DNA of 64,000 nucleotides. Origin: Octopus sinensis (taxonomy: Eukaryota). The notes under the pieces are model-generated. The model searched no databases, had not been told where the DNA came from, and worked only from the letters and a program-made list of their open reading frames with translations. Below are positions 1-13,146 of the stretch, piece by piece (the stretch's first letter is position 1; the number at the start of each line of letters is the position of its first letter). Both the position numbers and the translations under genes were made by a program. Where the stretch lies: assembly GCF_006345805.1 (NCBI RefSeq), contig NC_043008.1:44640001-44704000 (forward strand), read 5' to 3'.

Positions 1-7
1 TATATAT

Positions 8-47
<40 letters not shown>

Positions 48-317
48 AGAGAAGTAATAGTATGAGAGACAGAGAAATGAAGTTTGAAAGAGAGAAATTA
101 CAAATTGATACAGTATTAATAACAATGTGCGTACTTAATGAACGCGTTTAGCAATGTGAAAGATTACCAGGAAAAAGACCTTTGGTAAACAAGAGAGAAT
201 TTGTCTTCAACCGAAGCCAAACATTTGGTTTTATTGTGCATCTTTCATTTTTTTTTTGGTTTTTTATTTTTATTTTTTGGTTTTTTATCTTTTTTTCATC
301 CTTCTATTTGTTTGAAC

Positions 318-667
318 TATGTGAATGCAGTCATGCTGGAGCAGCGCCTTCACTGGATTTTCGTCGTACAAATCGACCCGAGGATTTATTTCATTTTAGT
401 CTAGTACTTATTCTGTGTTTATGGGGGCATAAACACAGCAACACTGCTTATCAAGCGGCGAGAGGGGAGAAACACGCACGTGATGCGCGCGCAACCATGT
501 ATGTAGATGCATGAGTGGATGGATATACGACAGATTACTTTCACTTTCGGTTTTGGTCTCCCCGAAGCTATAGTAGAAGACATTTGCCGAAGGTGCGACA
601 GTGGGACTGACCGCGTAACCCTGTAGTTGAGAGGGAAGCGTCTTACCACACAGCTACGCCTTCGCCT
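318..667 (-). mobile_element. tRNA-derived SINE family B, diverged copy
   Basis: Matches the better copy at 10824-11239: head ...gctatagtagaagacatttgcc...cttaccacacagc and tail catgctggagcagcgcc. Confidence 0.75.
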
Positions 668-947
668 GTTGTCTTCGTTTTGTTTATTGTTTGATTATGT
701 TTTTTCTTTTTCGGGTTTTATTGGAGTTGGGAGAAATTTTTCCTAATTTGCAGAATAAATTGTAGCATTCATTTGTCGTTTAGCAAAACTCATGTATCTA
801 CGTCAGATATTAATGTTCATGTCTCAAAACAAACATTAATACATATATTCAAACACCTGTCACGTATATATATAACTGTGTGGGCGTACCTGAAGATTTA
901 ATTTTTTTCTTATACCCAAGTATGTGCTAATCTACGTATATACAGAT

Positions 948-1002
948 TTATATATATATATATATATATAATATAATAACAATATTAATAATAATAATAA
1001 TA

Positions 1003-1043
<41 letters not shown>

Positions 1044-1048
1044 TAATA

Positions 1049-1094
<46 letters not shown>

Positions 1095-1095
1095 G
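948..1095. repeat. (TA)n plus (TAA)n microsatellite
   Basis: Directly visible; explains ORF 948..1130. Confidence 0.97.
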
Positions 1096-1185
1096 ATTGA
1101 AAAATTGAATATTAATTTGATTAATATCAATTTAAAACAAGTGGTCTAGCGTTTTGAAAGGTCTGAATATTCAGAAGAATTACTT

Positions 1186-1527
1186 TACATGAATATGAGA
1201 GAGATGACTACTAAGTGGACATCTATTATGCTAGAAGTCGACCTCCTATGGTCTTACCACTAAGAAAGGAATGTTCTCAAGGAAATTTAGCAAACACCAG
1301 AATGTAAGCGAGCAAGAAAAATGTTACCACTTACGTAATTGGTAAGAACGTAACTGGTTTCTGATTAATCTTTATATTTTGTATCTTTTCATTTGTGTTG
1401 CCCACTTACGTTCTGGCGTTTGCTAAATGTTCTTGAAAACATTCCTGTCTTAGTCGCAAGACCATAGAGGGGAGATTTCTAGCATAATGATTGTCTACTT
1501 AGTGGTCATCCCTCTTATATGTATGTA
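1186..1527. repeat. Imperfect inverted repeat, ~138-bp arms
   Basis: 1186-1323 is the diverged reverse complement of 1390-1527 (ctatggtctt/aagaccatag, tttagcaaac/gtttgctaaa, attatgctagaa/ttctagcataat). Confidence 0.85.
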
Positions 1528-1729
1528 TGGGCATCAATATGAGTAACGATGCACCTTTCCAGGTGCACATGACCAAGTTAGAGATAAAATGCAGTTGCTA
1601 CGCCTGATGGATCTTCGAAGTTTCAAAACGAGAGCAAAGGAAACCATGATAATTCTCTGGAGGATTTTCGTTCTCAGTCGTCTGAATTACTGCTCCCAAC
1701 TGTGGTTCGCAACAGTGAAAAATTAATGA

Positions 1730-2156
1730 CGGGACTCGAGGCGATCCATTGAAGATACACAAAGAAGATTGACGCAATGCGACATATCAGCTACTGGGAG
1801 AGACTGGAAGAGTTAAGACTTTACTCCCTAAAACGAAGACGGGAAATATATGCAATAATATATATGTAGAAAATCCTAGAAAAACTTGTACCAAACTTTA
1901 GCATTGTCAGCAGAACGAGGTGCCACTGCGTAGTACCAAAAATCCCCAAATTGCCATCAGGATACAAGAATAGATAGTGCAACAGGTCAGGCTAGAAGGG
2001 CTCGCACCTCTCCGAAGGCAAGAAACGCAGATAGGCGCAGCAACGCCAAACTCCATCATCCACCAAATGTCACATATCAGAGGATTTTTAGTAAAAGTCT
2101 AGCAAAGCAAACGACGATGCTCCAGCATGGCCGCACTCCTCGGAATGAAAAGATAT
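1730..2156 (+). mobile_element. CR1/L2-group LINE 3' remnant (decayed ORF2 C-terminus plus tail)
   Basis: Translates YWERLEELRLYSLKRRREIYAIIYM*KILEKLVPNF, typical of the post-RT region of CR1/L2-type ORF2; ends tgctccagcatggccgca...gaaaaga. Confidence 0.75.
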
Positions 2157-2483
2157 ATATATATCAGTACTTACGATAAGTACCCTTGTTTATTCACCAC
2201 GAAATCTGTAGACTATATTACGGATATCCATGAATGGTTCCTCTCTGAGGACGGCGTAGTGGGCTTATATGAAGATCTGTGTTCTACAACATATGCACCA
2301 CAGGTATATCTGTTCTAGAAACACCCGTAAGATATCTTATACTTTATTTCTTAATTCATTATATGCTATAGCAACTCTGTAATTTTGTTTCCATTATAAA
2401 CATGTTCTGCTTGTTTATTCGTGCTATGCATTTATCTATCACACATTGTTTCCCACATCGTTTCCCACATTGTTTCTCTCCCT

Positions 2484-3136
<653 letters not shown>

Positions 3137-3282
3137 TTAATTTCAATTATCCGCACCAACGCACGGTTGCAACGCCAGATGGTTGTACCTCCAACCGTGC
3201 TGTTTACTGCTGTGATTTTTGCTACTAAGGTATCGGTTAAACTTTTGATTAATCTACTACAAGATTATTCATCTTTCTATTT

Positions 3283-3365
<83 letters not shown>

Positions 3366-4456
3366 ACAAGACGTTATTTAATTCAGTTCTATATTAGTTT
3401 TTCATTCTGAAAACAAAACAAAAAACAAAACAAACAGAAATTAGGAAAATCTAAAGAATTATTTGCCGGTGAATAGTTGCATATGTATTATATAAATTTC
3501 GAAATTTTATAAATTGCACAAATTAGTTTGCCTTTGTTAATCGGATGAAGAATGTTTATTTTCGATTCCATGCTGATGAAATCCAAACCTTCTAAAACAC
3601 CTGCAATGTTGGAGATATATAAAATAAAGAAAAACTAATTTGGAATATCACTTGTGATTCATGCAAGCTATCCTTTTTATGATATAAAGAAACCGTGTCT
3701 TGTGTAATGTGTTTGGTAGAAAATTTAACTTTATTCATTTCAAGAAGTTTTTGAAGCCATATTTTCCAGAATTTACCATTAATTACAGAAACTAAGAAGA
3801 TACCCTTTTTATAATGTTTACACTAGTGAAAGCATCTGTAGCTGTTGAATATTCTATACATAACCAGATCCGCTTCTTTGTCATACAAGCAAATTTCGTT
3901 TGGAATTTAACTAATTTAGTTCACTTGAATTTGAGAAACCTGTGAAATACATATCGTACTAATTTTAAAAGATTAATTTGAATGGTAAATGCTGCGATGT
4001 TTTGATGGATAAATTTCTACAAAATATTTTCATTGAAAACACAACCAAATTTAATTCTGAGCGCTAAAACGAAGAAATTTAAATAGTCATTTTCATTACT
4101 AAATTACATAGTAGTCAAGATTGTTTGCCAACATAACATGGCAGTCCTGGTTTGAGACAGATATTGATTTGAGCTGAGTGGGGGTGCTAGATTTCCCTGT
4201 TCGCAAATATAAGGACACAGATCGTGTCGTATATATATATATATATATATTAATGTTATTATCAGTTCGAATATGCCAGATGCACGTTCGAACCGGTGAA
4301 TAAGCTACTCACTGCATTTTGTCAGAGAAAATACATCCCGCTTGTTGACAAATGATCTGTATGCTACTATATCAGCTCGCACCGCCACTTACACACACAG
4401 ACCGTGAGATGCAAGAAGAGTTATCTCCACTTTGGTCACAGAATTATACGTAGGTA

Positions 4457-4678
4457 TGAGGGAGTGCTTAAAGGTTCCATGCTTTTCGTATGTCGCAAAA
4501 GGCCTAGTTAGTGGCCCAAATTTCCGAGTTCTTTTACATGGCTTATAAAAACTGAAGCACCGCTACAATAAGTGTGTAAATATAAAAGAGGAATACGTTG
4601 AATAAAATCATAATTAACTGATCCTACTGTATTTTTTGTTTACCGAAAGCAAGGAACTTTTCAGCATTCCCTTGATTA
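4457..4678. mobile_element. Mariner-derived MITE
   Basis: TIR-like ends tatgagggagtgcttaaaggttcc ... ggaacttttcagcattcccttg; internal taattaactgatcct is shared with copies at 11922, 21863 and 58790. Confidence 0.65.
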
Positions 4679-5438
4679 TACGAGGAGATACAGAAAAGTT
4701 GTAGGATTTGTGAGTTGCTAACTCAAAATCTAGCTTCTCTTTAACAGTACCCATTCTATTGTTGATTCCATGTAATCCACTCTCTAAGATATATAATATG
4801 TGTGCTGTTTTACTAAGTTCTCTTCATGTTTTTTTCTATCTATATTCAAATCTTTACTCATAAGTGACTCATGTTTTTATTATCCGCTTTCACACTTCCC
4901 TCTCAGGAAATTATGTTTGATCGTGTGAATATTAATGCAGGAATTCATAGTAAATTAACAAACTAAAAATGGTGTTATTTTCACTAACTCTGTTCATTGC
5001 GTTCCGCGATACATGCCTTGCTATAATTTATCTACAACTCGAATAATACACATTCACCAACGGCGTTTGCGTGCGGTCGTTCTAGTTTAAATTAGAATTG
5101 TTTAATTTTGAGGTATAATTATTTCAAACCAGTAAATACATTCGACATTGTAGCAGAGTGCACAACTTGACAGTAACCACTATACGCATCACAACAGAAT
5201 TTGTTTCGGTTGCCAGTTTTTCTTGATACATCCAAAATGTGTAGTAAAACCGAATAATGAATTCGATGTGTGCTGTTGAAAAAAGCCACTCACCTTCACG
5301 ATGTTAACTTACAACCTGTATTTTCCACCACCGTTTCTAGGTGTTGTAATAATCTACAGTAGTACGTGACCCTATCTGTGAACTAGAAAATGGAATAATA
5401 AGAAATTGAGAGGCTAGCGCTACGGTGGTAAGATTTAA

Positions 5439-5486
<48 letters not shown>

Positions 5487-6177
5487 ATATATATGTATAT
5501 ATATATATGTATATATATATGTATATATCCATCGTTGATATTGGGATAACAACATCCCGTGATATAATAATTCAAAGGGTTGCTATCATGATAGCTAGGC
5601 GTAAATGCATCAGGAATTTTGAAGGTAGTGATGTGTATTTATTGCGATTTGAAGAGATCGCAATGGAATGGGTAATAAAATGTTTTGTGGTGAAACGCAG
5701 CAATGGAGGAAATCAAAGAATTGAAGAAAATGGTAAGCAACAAGTTTATAATGGAGACAGAACTAGGTTGTATTAGCTCTGACAACTTCGAGATATCCAG
5801 GCTTTTAGAAATAAAGCTTCCGCTGCTGGTTCTTAATTAAATAAGAAATTGTTTAACGCGTGTATTACTTGAGCGCTATTCATGCCCCTGTTGATGTTTG
5901 TGATGAGGTGGGGGTAACAATCGCCCACTCTCCAGATAATATACATTAGACACCTGTGGTGTTTTATAATTGTAGATATTGAGTTTATTGTGTTTAAGCG
6001 TGTTGATATTTAAAGAGTATTGGTTTTCTTTTATTATTCCGTTGCATAAATTCTTGGATGATACTCAGAATAATTCTACTGGAGAGAAAAAGCTGCAATA
6101 AAATTTAGACAGTGCATCGGCTCAGGCAGGTGGACACTAACTGGTCAACAACGATGCCGAAATAATAATCATGTTCT

Positions 6178-6416
6178 ATACCTATTTCTTTACTACCCAC
6201 AAGGGGCTAGACACAGAGGGGATAAACAAGGACAGACAAATGGATTAAGTCGATCACATCGACCCCAGTGCGTAACTGGTACTTAACTTATCGACCCCGA
6301 AAGGATAAAAGGCAAAGTCGACCTCGCCGGAATTCGAACTCAGAACGTAACGGCAGACGAAACACTGCTAAGCATTTCGCCCGGCGTGCTAACGTATTTG
6401 CCAGCTCGCCGCCTTA
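6178..6416 (-). mobile_element. tRNA-derived SINE family A (Nin/Deu-like central domain)
   Basis: Minus strand has head ggcggcgagctggcaaa, B-box gagttcgaattcc, core tttgccttttatcctttcggggtcgataagttaagtaccag and tail ...gtgggtagtaaagaaatagg. Confidence 0.9.
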
Positions 6417-6758
6417 ACATGTTCTACGCCATACAGTGATACATCCATCTATTACTCAATCCATCAATGTATACTTTTAGTTTCTAAAAGATTATTAAAT
6501 GAAGATATCTGGACGACATTCTCACGCTGAAAACACCAGGATGGTTTTAAGGAAAAAAAGGACACTTGGTAACATCTAAAAAGATACTCTCAAATATTTA
6601 CTAATAAATTTGCAAGCTCCAAGTTACGCAACAAAACGAAGTAAACCAGAAAAACCTTCAGGAATAAAAAAAAAACTATGTTGTAAATGTAGATTAGGAT
6701 TATGGATAAACTCTAGGTAACAGATGAAAGAAGTGAAAGAGATGCAGAATCCTGGTTT

Positions 6759-6832
6759 ACAGCACCAATAACAGTTAAGCTTCGTGCAATGGCTATACTA
6801 GATAACGAGTGGGCAGCCATCATCATCATATT
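6759..6832 (+). mobile_element. 5'-truncated RTE-like LINE 3' end
   Basis: About 80% identical to 26260-26322 (acagcaccaataac.gttaagcttc.tgcaatgg..atact.gataacgag.gggcagccat); runs directly into (TATG)n. Confidence 0.55.
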
Positions 6833-7226
6833 ATGTATGTATGTATGTATATATGTATGTATGGATGGATGTATGTATGTATGGATGTATGTATGTATGC
6901 ATGTATGTATGGATGGATGGATGGATGGATGGATGGATGGATGGATGTATGGATGGATGGATGTATGGATGGATGGATGGATGGATGGATGGATGTATGG
7001 ATGGATGTATGTATGTATGGATGGATGGATGGAGGTATGTATGGATGTATAGATGGACGCATGTATGTATGTATGTATTATGTATGTATGTATGTATGGA
7101 TGTATTTATGTATGTATGTATGTATGTATGTATATATGTATGTATGTATGTATGTGTGTATGTATGTATGGATGGATGTATGTATGTATGGATGGATGTA
7201 TGTATGTATATATGTATGTGTGTATG

Positions 7227-7260
<34 letters not shown>

Positions 7261-7274
7261 TGTATGTGTGTATG

Positions 7275-7308
<34 letters not shown>

Positions 7309-7454
7309 TGTATGTATGTATTTGTGTATGTATGTATGTATGGATGTATGTATATATGTATGTATGGATGTATGTATGTATGGATGTATGTATGTATGTA
7401 TGGATGTATGTATGTATGTATGGATGTATGTATGTATATATGTATGTGTGTATG

Positions 7455-7488
<34 letters not shown>

Positions 7489-7637
7489 TTATGTATTTGT
7501 GTATGTATGTATGTATGGATGTATGTATGTATATATGTATGTATGGATGTATGTATGTATAGATGGATGTATGTATGTATGTATGGATGTATGTATGTAT
7601 GTATGGATGTGTGTATGTATATATGTATGTGTGTATG

Positions 7638-7671
<34 letters not shown>

Positions 7672-7914
7672 TGTATGTATTTGTGTATGTATGTATTTGT
7701 GTATGTATGTATGTATGTATGTATGTGTGTATGTATGTATGTATGTATGGATGTATGTATGGATGTATGTATGTATATATGTATGTGTGTATCTATATAT
7801 GTATGTATGTATGTATGTATTTATGTATATATGTAGGTATTTATGTATGTATGCATGTATGTATGTATGTATGTATGTATGTATGTTTGTATGTATTTGT
7901 GTATGTATATATGT
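6833..7914. repeat. ~1.1-kb compound (TATG)n/(GATG)n tetranucleotide array
   Basis: Directly visible; generates the MYVC/MDGW ORFs at 6789-8011. Confidence 0.97.
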
Positions 7915-8591
7915 AAATCCAGACCCCAGGTACATGCTCCTTTCTGCAATAACAATCACCAGAGCACAGCGATATTGTTGCTTCTGCCACATATTTGCTT
8001 TCAAACATTAAATCACGCGATACGATGTTTCTTTTTTATTCCAGCCAGAAAACAAGGCATCTAATAATGGTAAAAGCTTAAGTGATTACTTTCGTTCCGA
8101 ATTGCAAGAAAATGTCTGACTGTCATTTAAACAAGAATATGACAGCTCGGAAAGCTCGAAAGTCTGTCCATAATTTCTTTGAAATACTGATGTATACAAG
8201 TTACTTGTCTGGCAACGAACGGACTGCGAACAAAAGTACAAATGCAACTCTCCTTTCTTCCCTATATTTTCAAGTGTTTGTTTTGAAAGCGTTTGCTACG
8301 ATTATAAATATGAGGCCACTTAGGTTAACATAGAATGCTAAATAATACACAAAAAAGAGAGAGAATCGAGTTTAGAATATTTCCCAGCTAATGAGAAAAC
8401 TTTGGCAGTAGATAACATCAGTATCATTACTACTACCATCGACGTCGTCATGATCATCGTTGTCTACAAACCATCATCATCATTACCATCAACAAGTGTC
8501 ATGTTTACCATCAACATCAACATTCTCATCTTTATCATTATCATCATTGTCACCATCACCATAAAAATCAAGAACAAAGACATTAATGACA

Positions 8592-8593
<2 letters not shown>

Positions 8594-8672
<79 letters not shown>
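8594..8672. repeat. (TAA)n microsatellite
   Basis: Directly visible. Confidence 0.97.
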
Positions 8673-8704
8673 TAATCCTTTCCATTAAAGGTACAAGGCC
8701 TGAA

Positions 8705-9368
8705 AACAAGATAGTGGTGCAGTGCTACTTAAAATGAGAACCTAAAACAAGGGGCTATAGAAAACGGATGTTAACACTTTGGGTAGAGAGGATATGTTTA
8801 AAGTGACTGGGCAGAGATTAGTTAATCAAGCTAATACTATTAGAAGAAGAAAGTGGATTACTGAATTGGAAGTAGAAGAGATCACAAGAGAACTGGAAAG
8901 GAAGACCAGGCAGTAGGAAAGACAAACAACAACGTAAGAAATACAGCTCAAACCAAAGAAGAACCTAAAGTTAAAATGATAATAAAGCTACCAATGAGGA
9001 AGGGACAACTGGCACCAGCGACTTAAGTGAAGACTTTAAGACAAGATCGGAACTGAACAGAAGTCTGGAAACTGAACATGTTAGGAAACACAAAATGCAA
9101 AACTTCCCTTGAGAAAAGATACTTAGTCAAAGAGAAAAGATTTTCGACAGTAATAGAAGAGCTGAATCGGCGTATCGTAGCAGTAGCAGGTAAGCTCTCT
9201 TGATATCAGAAAAGAATAGATTAGTGTCAAATGAATAGATTAGTTGAGACAGACCTGAGGTGACTTTATAACTAAATAAATAGTAGAGAACGGAGTACTG
9301 AAGATGAGAAACCTAAAGCAGAAGAAGCTAGAAAGTTCTGGAGTAATATTTGGGATAAGAAAGTCAAT
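8705..9368 (+). mobile_element. R4/Dong-clade non-LTR retrotransposon remnant (N-terminal, pre-RT region)
   Basis: Broken frames give CYLK*EPKTRGYRKRMLTLW, FKVTGQRLVNQANTIRRRKWITELEVEEI, VIEELNRRIVAVAGKL and KPKAEEARKFWSNIWDK, matching the recalled N-terminal motifs of R4/Dong ORFs. Confidence 0.8.
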
Positions 9369-9384
9369 CATATATATATATTTC

Positions 9385-9600
9385 TCTGGCGATGCTGATA
9401 TTTTCATTCCATACTCTGTCCATTGGATTCTGGCTCGAAGAATTAGGCTGAGACCTCATACCATGTAGCTATTCTCTTCGAAACATCTCATTTTCATCGT
9501 TGTATCGGTGGAATGAATTTTGACATACCTCCACACAATTGCGATTTGGGTCTTTGGTAAGCTCTTGGCACCCATCTCACACAGAATGTATGGACCTTGT
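9385..9600 (-). pseudogene. Mariner transposase fragment
   Basis: Minus strand: FCVRWVPR (mariner WVPR motif) ... KRIATWYE ... FEPESNGQSME*K (cf. YEPESKRQSMEWK). Confidence 0.8.
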
Positions 9601-9949
9601 ATGTGTGTATATATGTATGCATGTATACATACATACAGCGGACTGCAGAAGTAGGTATACAATTATGGAAAACAAATCCTGAGCGCAAAACGTATTTCAT
9701 TGCTTGGAAATAATGGATGCATTTTATTAAAGAAATGTAAAAAATAGAAATACTAAAAATAGTGATAAAGAGTTTGATAATTTTAATGAATTGTAGTATT
9801 ATATGAATTCTTGATTCCCTATTATAATACTATCACAATCCTTACAGTATACCTACGTTTGCAACCTCCTATATATACATATACTACGCAATTATTCTGA
9901 AATGTATTTTAGAATAGAGTTCTATATTTAAGAGATGAGGAATTATGTA

Positions 9950-10097
9950 CATTATTTACATTCGACGGATATTTGTCCTCATCTTGTTTGTTGATATACC
10001 CTCCAACCTTCTTCAGGTGTCTTGGGGAAATTTCGAACCTGAGTGCTCATTCCTAAGGTGTTTTTTAATGTCATTATAATTATCAATATCATTATTA

Positions 10098-10169
<72 letters not shown>

Positions 10170-10434
10170 TGCTATTGTTGAGGTCACTGCTTGGAATCGA
10201 ACTCGGAATCTTGGGGTTAAGAGCACGGTATACTATCCCCAAGATTCCGAGTTCGATTCTAATAAGTAAAATGAACAATTACAACAACAACAACATTGGA
10301 AAATACCTTAGGAATGAAAGCCCAGGTTTTAAATTTTCCCAAGACACCCGAAGAAGGCTGGAGGGTATATCAGCCGAAATGTTGTCTTAACAACAAACAA
10401 TATGAGGACAAATATCCGTGGGATGTAAATAATG
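9950..10434. mobile_element. Fold-back pair of a tRNA-headed SINE with a hammerhead-like 3' module
   Basis: 9950-10060 is the reverse complement of ~10300-10434; central 23-bp inverted repeat gaatcgaactcggaatcttgggg/ccccaagattccgagttcgattc is the tRNA-like B-box region; (TTA)n at 10090-10168. Confidence 0.8.
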
Positions 10435-10823
10435 CAAATGGATTTTAGAAGTCTGAGATAACTAGTTTACAGCCACGAAGCTAAACAGAATTACTTCTTT
10501 TTTGTTAAAAAAAAAAACAGACATTACTTACATCAACTATATTTCTGGCTGTATGCAAAAATATAGCCCCTTTGCAACAAATCATAATCGTATTGTATAC
10601 ATATATGATAGCGCTAGGGTAACTAATACAATACATTATTTAACTGGTAATTGAGTTACGTATCGGTTTCAAAACTGTCCATGGGGATTTATATGTAAAC
10701 CTGTCAATGTTCAACGAAATCCCACAAACTCGAATATGAATATGTAATATTTCATAAATTGTTTTAAAAAAATTTTCACATTATTTTTCTTGTTTGTACA
10801 ACTAACGCTTTCACATTTATATA

Positions 10824-11239
10824 CTCTTTTACTCTTTTACTTTTTTCAGTCATTTGACTGCGGCCATGCTGGAGCACCGCCTTTAGTCGAGCAAATCGAC
10901 CCCATCACTTATTCTTTGTAAGCCCAGTACGTATTCTATCGGTCTCTTTTGCCGAATCGCTAAGTGACGGGGACATAAACACACCAGCATCGGTTGTCAA
11001 GCAATGCTAGGGGGACAAACACAGACACACAAACACACACACAAACACACACACGCATATATATATACATATATACGACGGGCTTCTTTCCGTTTCCGTC
11101 TACCAAATCCACTCACAAGGCTTTGGTCGGCCCGAGGCTATAGTAGAAGACACTTGCCCAAGGTGCCACGCAGTGGGACTGAACCCGGAACCATATGGTT
11201 GGTAAACAAGCTACTTACCACACAGCCACTCCTGCGCCT
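10824..11239 (-). mobile_element. tRNA-derived SINE family B (CORE-like segment, LINE-derived tail), near intact
   Basis: Minus strand: gtggctgtgtggtaag...gggttcagtccc...accttgggcaagtgtcttc, internal (TA)/(TG) tract, tail ggcggtgctccagcatggccgcagtcaaatgactgaaa...gtaaaagagtaaaa. Confidence 0.92.
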
Positions 11240-11921
11240 ATATATATGCACAAATACTTTATAACGGCCCTGTATATGCACATATTCTAGTTTGTATATC
11301 TTCTGGTTTCATGCTGTCAATTCAATGATTTTATTTTAAAAGTAGTTATAAGCAAAAATAGTGACTGACAGCGAATCTCTTTTCTGTGACAGCTGCGATG
11401 ATATGGCCATCTTTTTCGTATTATTCGATCGATGATACTGAAGTCGTATTTCTTACAATGTTAATCACACCTATTTTAGTAATTACCTCTTAAATGGTAG
11501 TCTTTTCTGTTAAGTATTTTGAAATCAAATGCGGGTATAAATAATAGAATTCAAATTTCTAATGATTATGAATTGCATTTCCACATCACTTATATTTCAA
11601 AGCAATTACAGAAAGAAAATTATTGTTCTCCCTAATAAGGCGGCGAGCTGGCAGAAATTTTACTTCAATGCGAGAAATTGTGAGGGTGGACGTAAGTCGA
11701 TGCTATACACCCTGGTGCTTAACTGTTACTTATTTCATCGACCCCGGTAGGATGAAAGGCAAAAGAAATTTTAGTCGAATGAATCGACTAATTATTTTTT
11801 AAAGCCTTCTACTTATACTATCATTCTCTTTTTCCGAACCGCTATATTACTGGGACATAAACACACCAACACCAGTCGTCAAGTAGTGATGGAGGATAAA
11901 TAAAGGCACAATAACAAACAA

Positions 11922-12110
11922 TATATGCTGGAATGTTCCACGCTTTGGGTAAAGTAAAATACAAGAGGATCAGTTAATTATGATTTTATTCAACATATCC
12001 TTCTCTCAGATTCACGTACTCATTGCAGCGGTCCTTCAGTTTTTCTAAGGTCTTTAAAAGAACTCGGAAGTAAAGGCCTCGAACCAGACCTTCCCGGCAT
12101 CCCTAAAGTC
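11922..12110 (+). mobile_element. Mariner-derived MITE fragment
   Basis: gctttgggtaaa...gaggatcagttaattatgattttattcaacatat...ctcagattcac...gcagcggtccttcag, same as 21863-21996. Confidence 0.7.
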
Positions 12111-12667
12111 AGGAACTTTTCAGTAACCCCTTGTACGTATGTAGGGTTCGCTTTTGGGTGTTATTATTCATAGGAATAGCTGTCCTACTTACCAACCTAT
12201 AAAATATAAATATCATTAGATACGGATCAGTATATTTCACAAAAATGAGCCTAGCAAACAATTCCATATTCAGCGTTGTTGCACATTTTGGACGTATCAA
12301 TAAAAATTAGAAGCTGGCACACATTCTGTTGAGACACCTATGATGGTTATTGTCAAGGTGTGCACACTGCTGCAATCTCGAATGCGTTTACTGGTTTGAA
12401 TTAGTTATTTCTCAAAATAAATCAATCTAATTTAAACTAATTCGACCACACGCAAGGGCTGTTTGCAATATATATTATTCGAGTTGTACAAACAGAGTTA
12501 GTGGAAAGAAAACCAGTTTTAGTTAGTCAATCTACTATGAATTCCTACGTTAATATTCTCACAATCAAACCTAGTTTCATTAAAGGGAGGTGTGTAAAAG
12601 GAGTCACTTATAAGTAAAAAATTGAAAATAATTAGCGAAAACCGGAAGAGATCTTGGTGAAACAACA

Positions 12668-13146
12668 TATCGAATTATAAATAGATATATACAAGATTTA
12701 CACAGCCATAAAGCAAGAACTTGTGACCCGCTCGCGGACCGTTTTCTTAGGAAATATTTGCCCTCTGCCCTAAAGAGTTTCCCTACCACTGCCCTAGAAC
12801 ATACGAGGATGTGATGAAAAGTTATACGAAGTATAACTTATTAACTGAAAACCTAACTTCATTTACCCAAAGCGTGGAACATTCCAGCATATAATACATA
12901 TCTTAAAGGTGGAGTACAAAGGAATCAACAATAGGATATGTAATGTTGAAATGATGTTAGGTTTTCAGTTAACAGATTATACATTATATAACTTTTCATC
13001 ACATCCTCGTAGGTTCTAGGGCAAGGGTGGGGAAACTCTTTTGGGCAGAGGGCAAATATATCCTAAGAAAATGGCCCGCGAGCGGATCACAAGTTCTTGC
13101 TTTATGGCTGTGTAAATCTTGTATATATCTATTTATAATTCGATAT
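12668..13146. repeat. Long palindrome (~200-bp arms, ~90% identity) with nested MITE-like ends
   Basis: 12668-12864 vs 12945-13146; inner tacgaggatgtgatgaaaagttat TIR pair (12803-13012), hAT-like cagggtgggg-type end outside it. Confidence 0.9.

Noticed and set aside
1600-1635. CTGATGG...AAAAC hammerhead-like string; also lone CTGAAGA/CTGATGA at ~23130 and ~58215
   Set aside because: No GAAA partner or stems; expected by chance.
3540-3900. LRR/Toll-like fragments (IFQNLPL, WNITCDSC)
   Set aside because: Multiple stops and no periodic LxxLxL pattern.
6789-8011. 400-aa and 331-aa ORFs (MYVC/MDGW repeats)
   Set aside because: Translation of (TATG)n/(GATG)n, which lacks stops in several frames; no domain content.
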